NCBI GenBank assembly: GCA_046597455.1
Contig: JBKJKJ010000400.1
Location: 1 to 59,507 of the forward strand
Length of the DNA: 59,507 bases
Reading direction: 5' to 3'
Source: Burkholderiales bacterium
GTDB lineage: Bacteria > Pseudomonadota > Gammaproteobacteria > Burkholderiales > SG8-41
Part shown: positions 52,756 through 59,507 of the stretch, piece by piece
How positions within the stretch are numbered: position 1 is the first letter of the stretch
Layout of the letters: every line of letters begins with the position of its first letter
Program-made: the position numbers and the translations under genes
Notes under the pieces: generated by a model
The model's input: only the letters and a program-made list of their open reading frames with translations
Databases searched by the model: none
What the model was told of the DNA's origin: nothing

Positions 52756-55700
52756 TTGTCTGCAAAAACCACGTCATTGATCAGGAACGAGGCACTTTCC
52801 GCATTTGATAGCGCCCAGGCTGCGGTTCGTGCCTTCGTGAGCGGCACGATGCTGGACGGTGCGGCCGCGAGCGCTTTCGGTGCCGATGTCACCGGCGCCG
52901 CGGTCGCTGCCGCAGTGCACGATTTCGATCGAGACGGATGGCCTGCACTGCGCGTGGCGGACGCGGCGACGCTGCACGGCGCGCGCGCTGCATACGATCG
53001 CCTGAGCGACACGATTTATCTCTCCCAGGATTTCATTGCCGCTTCCCGCGGCGCACCCTCCGCCGTCGTGAACGTGCTGGTAGAAGAAATCGGGCACGCC
53101 CTCGATGCGCGGGTCAATGGCACCGACGCGGCGGGCGACGAAGGCGCCATTTTCGCCCAGTTCGTGACCGGGCACGTGCCGGACGCCCAGGAGCTCGCTG
53201 CTTTGAAGACCGTAAACGATCACGGGACGATCACTGTCGGCGGCGCAACGCTCGACGTGGAATTCGCAGCCCCGATCGTCGGCTCGATCACGCTCGACGG
53301 CAGCCTCGCCGACTGGACTACAGCTGACGAGATCGACAAGACCCTCAGTGTGTCGGGTTACGACATCTTCGCCAAAGGCACCGGCGGCTCGTATGTCTTC
53401 GCGCTGAGAGCGCCCGTCGCCATCGGCGCCAATACCACCGCCTGGCTCAACACCGACCAGAACACCGCAACCGGCTACAAGATCTGGGGTTTCGCCGGCG
53501 GCGCCGAATACAACATCAACTTCGACGCCACCGGCACGCCGCATCTCTATACCGGAGATGCAGGCCAGACGCTGGTGTCGGGCGCTACCGTCTCGTTCGC
53601 CTACTCGGCCGACCACAAGACCGTCGAGTTCTCGATTCCCACCAGCGCGATCGGTTCGCCGAAAGCGATCAACACCCTGTGGGACATCAACAACAATACG
53701 TTCCTGCCGACCGATTACTCGCTCACGCAGTTCCAGGTGGTCGATACCGGCACCGGACCTACACCCGCACCGACGCCGACACCTACGCCGACACCGACAC
53801 CGACACCTACGCCTACGCCCACCCCGACGCCGACGCCTACCCCGACACCCGTCGCACGGATCACGCTCGACGGCAACCTCGCCGACTGGACCGCAGCTGA
53901 CGAGATCGACAAGACCCTCAGTGTTTCGGGTTACGACATCTTCGCCAAAGGCACGGGCGACTCGTATGTCTTCGCGCTGAAAGCGCCTGTCGCCATCGGC
54001 GCCAATACCACCGCCTGGCTCAACACCGACCAGAACACCGCAACCGGTTTCAAGATCTGGGGTTTTGCCGGCGGCGCCGAATACAACATCAATTTCGACG
54101 CCACGGGCACGCCGCATCTCTATACCGGAGATGCAGGCCAGACGCTGGTGTCGGGCGCTACCGTCTCGTTCGCCTACTCGGCCGACCACAAGATCGTCGA
54201 GTTCTCGATTCCCACCAGCGCCATCGGTTCGCCGAAAGCGATCAACACCCTGTGGGACATCAACAACAATACGTTCCTGCCGACCGATTACTCGCTCACG
54301 CAGTTCCAGGTGGCCAATACCGCCCCTTCGCCTGCACCCACTCCGACACCGACACCCACGCCGACTCCGACACCCACGCCGACACCCACGCCAACGCCGC
54401 CATCCGCCGATCTCGTGAAGAAAATCGGCATCGTCTACTCGGAGACGTCCGCGAACCAGTATTTCGACAAGATGGCTTACTCCCAACTCTTCATGACCGC
54501 GCAAAGCCAGGCGACCATGGCGGGTGTGCGTTACGACATTCTGAACGAGGCGGACCTCACCAACCTCGCCAAGCTGTCGAATTACAGTGCGCTGGTGTTC
54601 CCCGGTTTTGCCCACGTCGCTGCGGGCCAGGTCGCGGCGATCGAAAGCACGCTCAAGGCCGCGGCCCAGCAGTATCACGTCGGCCTCATCGCCGCGGGCG
54701 AATTCATGGTTTACAACGCTGCGGGGACCGCCCTCCCCGGCGATCCATACGCACGCATGAAGACGCTCCTCGACCTGCAACTCGTGAACGGCGGCTTCCC
54801 CGCCAACCTGACGGTCAATGCCGCGGACGTCGCTCACCCGATGATGGCGGATTACGGCTCGAAGGAGCTCATCCACAGCTATACCGGCGCCGGCTGGCTC
54901 GCCTTCGCGCCGGTGACGACGGCAGGCACGAGCGTGCTCGCGACCCAGACCGTCGGCGGGCAGACGTATGATGCTGTGGTCGCGACCAATACCGGGGGGC
55001 GCAACGTCCATTTCTCGACCGACGAAGTGATGGGCGACAACAACCTGCTGTGGCAGGCGATCGACTATGCCGTCAATGGCGGCGGCGTGTCAGCCGGTCT
55101 TCAGCTCTCCCGCAGCACCAGCATCGTCGCGTCGCGCACCGACATGGACCAGGCGCAGGAGATGCTGGACGTGAAGCCGGAAAACGGCGGTCCCGGCGTT
55201 TACGACAAGCTGCTCCCCATACTTCAGCAATGGAAGAGCGCATATAACTTCGTGGGTTCGTACTACATCGACATCGGGGCCAAGGCCCCGGATCAGCAGA
55301 CCGACTGGGTGAAATCAGGCGCGTACTACAAGCAGCTCCTCGCGATGGGAAACGAGCTCGGATCGCATTCGATCACGCATCCGGATAACACCAACACGCT
55401 CACTGCGGCAAAGATACAAAGCGAGTTCCAGGGCTCCCGCCAGATCATCGAACAGCAGATGAGCCAGATCCTCGGCCAGCCGTTCAAGGTGGATGGCGCC
55501 GCGGTGCCGGGCGCGCCGGAATCGCTCGCGACCGCACTGTCGATCATCCAGTACTACGACTATCTCTCTGGTGGCTTCTCCGGCGTCGGCGCCGGATTTC
55601 CAGGCGCCTTCGGCTATCTCAACCCGGCAATGGCAGCTCTGGACAAGGTCTACCTCGCACCCAACGTCGAGTTCGATTTCTCCCTGGTCGAATTCAAGAA

Positions 55701-57189
55701 GATGACGGCGACGCAGGCCGCCGCAGAGTGGCAACGCGAATGGAGCGCCCTTACCGCGCACGCCGATGTGCCGGTGCTGATCTGGCCGTGGCACGACTAC
55801 GGTCCGACAGCGTGGTCGACCAGCCCGCCGGCAGCATCCCCTTACAACACCGCGATGTTCACCGACTTCATTTCGCACGCGTACAAGGCGGGCGCTGAAT
55901 TTGTCACGCTTTCGGATCTTGCCGATCGCATTTCGGCTTTTCACAAATCGACGCTCGCAACGACGGTGTCCGGCAACACCATCACCGCGACCGTGAGCTC
56001 ACCCGACGCGGGCAAGTTTGCGCTCGACCTGGACCACCTGGGCACGCAGAAAATCGCCAATGTCACGGGATGGTATGCGTACGACAGCGACAGCGTCTTC
56101 CTCCCGCGCAACGGCGGCTCGTACACCATACACCTCGGTGCCACGGCCGATGACGTCACGCACATTACCAGCCTGCCGATGCGCGCCGAGCTGCTGTCGG
56201 TGAATGGCAATGGGACGGATCTGAGCTTCTCGCTCATCGGCGAAGGAAACGTCGTCATCGACCTCGTGAATCCGGCCGGCCGCACGCCGGTGGTTACAGG
56301 CGCCACGATAACGAGTCTTGCGGGCGATCTTCTCACTCTCGGTGTCGGGGCTTTCGGGCAGCACGATGTCGCGGTGGTGCTCGACCACGCGCCGACGATC
56401 ACCTCGAACGGCGGCGGCGCCGCGGCGGCGATTTCGATCGCCGAGAACGCGACTGCGGTCACCAAGGTCGTCGCGAGCGACCTGGATGCCGGTCAGACCC
56501 TGACCTACTCGATCGCGGGCGGCGCCGACGCGGCGAAGTTCGCCATCAACGCGCAATCGGGATTGCTCGCTTTCCTGACTGCGCCGGACTTCGAAAATCC
56601 GCTCGACCAGGGCGTCAACAACGTCTACGACGTGACCGTCGCTGCGCGCGACAACCTGGGTGTCGCGGCCACGCAGGCGCTCGCCGTTACGATCCTCAAC
56701 GTCCCGGGAGTCACACGCGTCGGGAACGACGCGGCGGACACGCTGACCGGCACCAACGAGGAAGACTCACTCTCCGGCCTCGGCGGAAACGACATCCTTT
56801 ACGGTCTGGCGGGAAACGATATCCTGATCGGCGGCTCAGGCAACGACACGCTGGTCGGCGGCCCGGGCAACGACACCCTGACCGGCGGCGCAGGCTCGGA
56901 CCGCTTCGTTTACACCTCGATCAATGACGGGCTCGACACGATCATCGATTTCACCACCGGAAGCGCCGGCGACAAGCTCGACATCAAGGATGTACTCATC
57001 GGTTACAGCGTTGCGTCGTCGCGGATCAGCGACTTCGTACACCTCACGGGCGGCAGCAGCACGGTGGTCTCGGTCAATGCCGACGGTATCGGCTCCGACT
57101 TCGTCGCGCTGGCCACCTTGCAGGGTGTGTCCAATTCAGCGAGTCTGCTCAACGATTTGATGAGTCAGGGCAATCTCATCGTCGTGTAA
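52756..57189 (+). CDS. Large multidomain RTX protein, predicted type I secretion substrate: N-terminal EEIGH module, 2x beta-rich module with (TP)n linkers, NodB/CE4-like deacetylase core, cadherin-like repeat, GGxGxD repeats, T1SS C-terminal domain
   Basis: 1477-aa ORF with a TTG start and AAGGA 7 nt upstream. The motifs read directly are VLVEEIGHALDARVNGTDAAGDEGAIF; duplicated ITLDG(S/N)LADWT...TQFQV; IVASRTDMD and GSHSITHP; APTITSNGGG...YSIAGGADAAKFAINAQSGLL...VYDVTVAARD; GGNDILYGLAGNDILIGGSGNDTLVGGPGNDTLTGGAGSDRFVY; and DKLDIKDVL...VVSVNADG...FVALATLQGV. Confidence 0.9.
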   Translation: MSAKTTSLIRNEALSAFDSAQAAVRAFVSGTMLDGAAASAFGADVTGAAVAAAVHDFDRDGWPALRVADAATLHGARAAYDRLSDTIYLSQDFIAASRGAPSAVVNVLVEEIGHALDARVNGTDAAGDEGAIFAQFVTGHVPDAQELAALKTVNDHGTITVGGATLDVEFAAPIVGSITLDGSLADWTTADEIDKTLSVSGYDIFAKGTGGSYVFALRAPVAIGANTTAWLNTDQNTATGYKIWGFAGGAEYNINFDATGTPHLYTGDAGQTLVSGATVSFAYSADHKTVEFSIPTSAIGSPKAINTLWDINNNTFLPTDYSLTQFQVVDTGTGPTPAPTPTPTPTPTPTPTPTPTPTPTPTPTPVARITLDGNLADWTAADEIDKTLSVSGYDIFAKGTGDSYVFALKAPVAIGANTTAWLNTDQNTATGFKIWGFAGGAEYNINFDATGTPHLYTGDAGQTLVSGATVSFAYSADHKIVEFSIPTSAIGSPKAINTLWDINNNTFLPTDYSLTQFQVANTAPSPAPTPTPTPTPTPTPTPTPTPTPPSADLVKKIGIVYSETSANQYFDKMAYSQLFMTAQSQATMAGVRYDILNEADLTNLAKLSNYSALVFPGFAHVAAGQVAAIESTLKAAAQQYHVGLIAAGEFMVYNAAGTALPGDPYARMKTLLDLQLVNGGFPANLTVNAADVAHPMMADYGSKELIHSYTGAGWLAFAPVTTAGTSVLATQTVGGQTYDAVVATNTGGRNVHFSTDEVMGDNNLLWQAIDYAVNGGGVSAGLQLSRSTSIVASRTDMDQAQEMLDVKPENGGPGVYDKLLPILQQWKSAYNFVGSYYIDIGAKAPDQQTDWVKSGAYYKQLLAMGNELGSHSITHPDNTNTLTAAKIQSEFQGSRQIIEQQMSQILGQPFKVDGAAVPGAPESLATALSIIQYYDYLSGGFSGVGAGFPGAFGYLNPAMAALDKVYLAPNVEFDFSLVEFKKMTATQAAAEWQREWSALTAHADVPVLIWPWHDYGPTAWSTSPPAASPYNTAMFTDFISHAYKAGAEFVTLSDLADRISAFHKSTLATTVSGNTITATVSSPDAGKFALDLDHLGTQKIANVTGWYAYDSDSVFLPRNGGSYTIHLGATADDVTHITSLPMRAELLSVNGNGTDLSFSLIGEGNVVIDLVNPAGRTPVVTGATITSLAGDLLTLGVGAFGQHDVAVVLDHAPTITSNGGGAAAAISIAENATAVTKVVASDLDAGQTLTYSIAGGADAAKFAINAQSGLLAFLTAPDFENPLDQGVNNVYDVTVAARDNLGVAATQALAVTILNVPGVTRVGNDAADTLTGTNEEDSLSGLGGNDILYGLAGNDILIGGSGNDTLVGGPGNDTLTGGAGSDRFVYTSINDGLDTIIDFTTGSAGDKLDIKDVLIGYSVASSRISDFVHLTGGSSTVVSVNADGIGSDFVALATLQGVSNSASLLNDLMSQGNLIVV
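53287..54405 (+). repeat. 573-bp tandem duplication inside the RTX gene (two 459-bp modules, each followed by an ACN-CCN hexanucleotide (Thr-Pro) microsatellite)
   Basis: Module 1 is 53287..53745 with linker 53746..53859. Module 2 is 53860..54318 with linker 54319..54405. I count about 15 mismatches between the modules by eye, almost all in the first half. Confidence 0.9.
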
Positions 57190-57258
57190 AGGCCGCCGCC
57201 GGTTCCATGCAAGTCCTGCGTGTCACCGGCGCCGCGGCGGACCCATCATGCCAGGAGG

Positions 57259-57984
57259 CTAGATGCGCCGAACCGAGCCTGAGAGCGGCGTTTCAGGACC
57301 GTGAAGTTGCGGCGAGCTTCCGCGTCCGAGCGACTGCCGGTCGATCACGATCAGCTTGCGCTTGTGGCGGCGCACGACGCCCCGCCTGATCATGTCCTTG
57401 ATCACCCGGCTCACCATTTCGCGGGACGCACCGACCATCGATGCGATCTGTTCCGAGCCCGGCTGCACCTGCCACTCTCCGTTTGCTTCGCGGCTCGACT
57501 CCAGAAGAACGCGCGTGACGCGCTCGTAGACGTCGGTCAGCGCGAGGCTCGCCATCTTCCGATGCGCTTCGTCGAGACGCTCGAGGACGGTGCGCAACAT
57601 CGCCGTGGCCGCGCCGGCATTGCTTTTCATGCACTCGAGCACGGCCCGGCTCGGAATGTAGAGGACTTCGCATGGCCCTTCGGACTCGAAGTTCGACGAG
57701 ACCGGTCGGCCATCGATGATGCCCGCTTCGCCAAAGAACTCGTTCGGTCCGATCGAAGCCGCGATGAGCGCGTGACCGTCGCCATCCTCGAAAAGGACCC
57801 TGACGACACCGGAAACGACTACGTAGAGCGCGTCCGCCAGCTCGCCCGCGTGGAGAATGCGCGTGCGGGCCGGATAACTTCGATGCTGCGTCGCCGATAA
57901 CACCTCGCCGAACTGCGCATCGGTAAGCGAGGCGAAAAACGGGAGGCTTTTCAGTACGCTGGGGTTTCCTGCAAGACGCAACAT
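57259..57984 (-). CDS. Crp/Fnr-family transcriptional regulator (cNMP-binding domain + HTH)
   Basis: 241 aa, ...LPFFASLTDAQFGEVL...FFGEAGIIDG... with a C-terminal HTH (SEQIASMVGASREMVSRVIKDM). It lacks the N-terminal Cys cluster of true Fnr. Confidence 0.88.
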   Translation of the reverse strand: MLRLAGNPSVLKSLPFFASLTDAQFGEVLSATQHRSYPARTRILHAGELADALYVVVSGVVRVLFEDGDGHALIAASIGPNEFFGEAGIIDGRPVSSNFESEGPCEVLYIPSRAVLECMKSNAGAATAMLRTVLERLDEAHRKMASLALTDVYERVTRVLLESSREANGEWQVQPGSEQIASMVGASREMVSRVIKDMIRRGVVRRHKRKLIVIDRQSLGRGSSPQLHGPETPLSGSVRRI

Positions 57985-58089
57985 ACTGAACGCTCATCTT
58001 ATTGATAGAGTGAGCGAATTTAGACTACCGAGGCGTGTAAGGTTGTGATAAACGGCACCTTTTTTGTAAAAGATTGTTACCCGTTTTGG

Positions 58090-59070
58090 TTATTCAGCGC
58101 GCATGCCAGTCACCGCGACGACCTTCGCCCACTTTTCGACTTCCTTCTTCTGGAAAGCGGTGAACTCATCGGTTCCCAGCGGTGACGGCTCGGCGCCCTG
58201 TGCGTGGAAGCGCGAAACGGTCTCCGGCTGGCGCAGGATACGGTTCACTTCGGTACTCAGCCTGTCGACTACCGCCCGAGGCGTGCCGGCCGGTGCGAAC
58301 AGCCCCAGCCAGTTGAGCATCTGGTAGCCGGGCAGACCGGCTTCAGCGATCGTAGGCAGATCGGGGAGCACCGCCGAGCGCTGTCCCGAGGTGACCGCCA
58401 GCCCTCGCAGGCGTCCGGATTTGGTATGGGGAGAGACTGAAGCCGCTGTCCCGAAAGTAACGGGCACTTCACCCGCAACGAGCGCCACCATGGCCGGGCC
58501 GCCGCCTTTGTACGGCACGTGTACGAGCTTCACGCGCCCGAGATGCTCGAACAGCACTGCCGCGAGATGGGTCGAAGTCCCCGCACCCGCCGACGCGTAG
58601 TTGATCTGTCCGGGCTTCGCGCGAGCCAGGGCGACGAGATCCTTCACGCTGCGCGCCGGCAGCGACGGGTGCACCGCGAGGATACTCGGCGCGTCCGATA
58701 GCCGCGCGACGGCCTGGAAATCGCGCAGAACGTGATAAGGCAGCTTCGGATAAAGCGCCTGGTTCACCGCGTGTGTGCCGACGCTGCCGACCGTGAGCGT
58801 GTGGCCGTCAGGCGCCGACCGCGCCGTCACTTCGGTCCCGACGATACCCCCCGCCCCGGCGCGATTCTCAACGATGACCTGCTGCCCGAGCGCAGCGCCG
58901 AGCGGACCGGCCACCACCCGGGCGGTGAAATCGACGAATCCACCGGGCGAGAATGCTGCGATGAGGCGCACGGGCCGCGCCGGATACACGTCCACGCCGG
59001 CAGCATGCCCCTCGATTGCGACTGCGGCACTGGCCAGCAGGATCCATCGGGTCGGGTCGGATATGTTCAT
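58090..59070 (-). CDS. Bug-family (TctC-like) substrate-binding protein, second copy
   Basis: 326 aa. After a signal peptide the product reads YPARPVRLIAAFSPGGFVDFTARVVAGPL...VENRAGAGGIVG. Confidence 0.9.
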   Translation of the reverse strand: MNISDPTRWILLASAAVAIEGHAAGVDVYPARPVRLIAAFSPGGFVDFTARVVAGPLGAALGQQVIVENRAGAGGIVGTEVTARSAPDGHTLTVGSVGTHAVNQALYPKLPYHVLRDFQAVARLSDAPSILAVHPSLPARSVKDLVALARAKPGQINYASAGAGTSTHLAAVLFEHLGRVKLVHVPYKGGGPAMVALVAGEVPVTFGTAASVSPHTKSGRLRGLAVTSGQRSAVLPDLPTIAEAGLPGYQMLNWLGLFAPAGTPRAVVDRLSTEVNRILRQPETVSRFHAQGAEPSPLGTDEFTAFQKKEVEKWAKVVAVTGMRAE

Positions 59071-59139
59071 AACGCCTCTCTCCTCGCTGCATTGTTATAC
59101 GATGCGCTGAAGCTTATCAGCGCGAAAGCGGCCGAACGT

Positions 59140-59427
59140 GGCATCGGCGCGCACCCGCCGATGCCCGACCAGACGCCCGCAGCGGTGCGCCCGGCGAGCC
59201 GAGTGCCGCATCGCGCGTCCGACGCGAAGAAGCGTAACGGGTCACCTGCTGTCGGCAAACCGCTAGCAGCCTGTCGGACTTACCAGTCGGGACAGGCTGC
59301 TAAAGCAAAACCGGACGGATTTTCGCAAAATATGATTTCAAAAAGCCTCAAAAGCGTGTTTTCCATGTCAATTCGGCTGTCCGGTTTTGCATAAGGAGCT
59401 TGTCGCATCGCAAGTCCGACAAGCTCC
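59140..59427. repeat. Cluster of three strong hairpins plus a 12-bp inverted repeat bracketing an AT-rich 62-bp core
   Basis: GGCATCGGCGcgcaccCGCCGATGCC (59140..59165); AGCAGCCTGTC...GACAGGCTGCT (59265..59301); GCAAAACCGGAC (59305..59316) / GTCCGGTTTTGC (59379..59390); GGAGCTTGTCG...CGACAAGCTCC (59395..59427). Confidence 0.8.
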
Positions 59428-59507
59428 TACGCGGCGCCCTGCGCTGCCCGGGTCACGCCGGCCCGGTCATACCTGCGCGGCAAGCCGCTGAACGTCGAAA
59501 GCGCCCG

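Noticed and set aside
57190-57258. Terminator between the convergent RTX and crp/fnr-like genes
   Set aside because: Only an imperfect GC stem (ccgccgccgg ... ccggcgccgcgg) with a roughly 26-nt loop and no U-tract. This is not convincing enough to annotate.

Overview
High-GC (about 65%) proteobacterial chromosome segment, almost certainly betaproteobacterial, judged from gene order and the two Bug/TctC-family binding proteins. Most of it is conserved housekeeping. There is a UxaA-type dehydratase pair with a GntR regulator, then rpsP-rimM-trmD-rplS, ffh with divergent ypjD/CNNM genes, pilC-pilD, zapD-yacG, a Nudix/ThiE-like fusion, a DUF815 ATPase, argJ, secA, an M23 peptidase and a DciA-like gene. 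A complete canonical dcw cluster follows on the minus strand (mraZ-rsmH-ftsL-ftsI-murE-murF-mraY-murD-ftsW-murG-murC-murB-ddl-ftsQ-ftsA-ftsZ-lpxC) with a readable Pmra promoter and MraZ operator. Next come RNase P RNA, chaC, pyrC, rsmI, lpoA-yraN-diaA-dolP-hldC and a SPOR-coaX-birA block. I saw no tRNA, rRNA, CRISPR array, transposase, integrase or recognisable defence genes. The only clearly accessory stretch is the right-hand 8.5 kb (Bug, S51 peptidase, a 1477-aa RTX protein, Crp/Fnr, Bug). The best candidate for something undescribed is that RTX protein. It combines an N-terminal module carrying EEIGH where a zinc protease would have HExxH, two about 97%-identical 153-aa beta-rich modules with (Thr-Pro)n linkers, a divergent NodB/CE4-like deacetylase core, a cadherin-like repeat, GGxGxD repeats and a type I secretion C-terminus. 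No secretion genes lie nearby. Secondary oddities are non-coding: two opposed arrays of 8-bp repeats filling a convergent intergenic region, a 62-bp tandem hairpin repeat, a polypurine/polypyrimidine spacer inside the otherwise tightly coupled dcw operon, an RNase P RNA about 120 nt longer than E. coli M1 RNA, and a hairpin cluster at the right edge. All functional calls rest on reading the translations and on motif memory. No database search was run.
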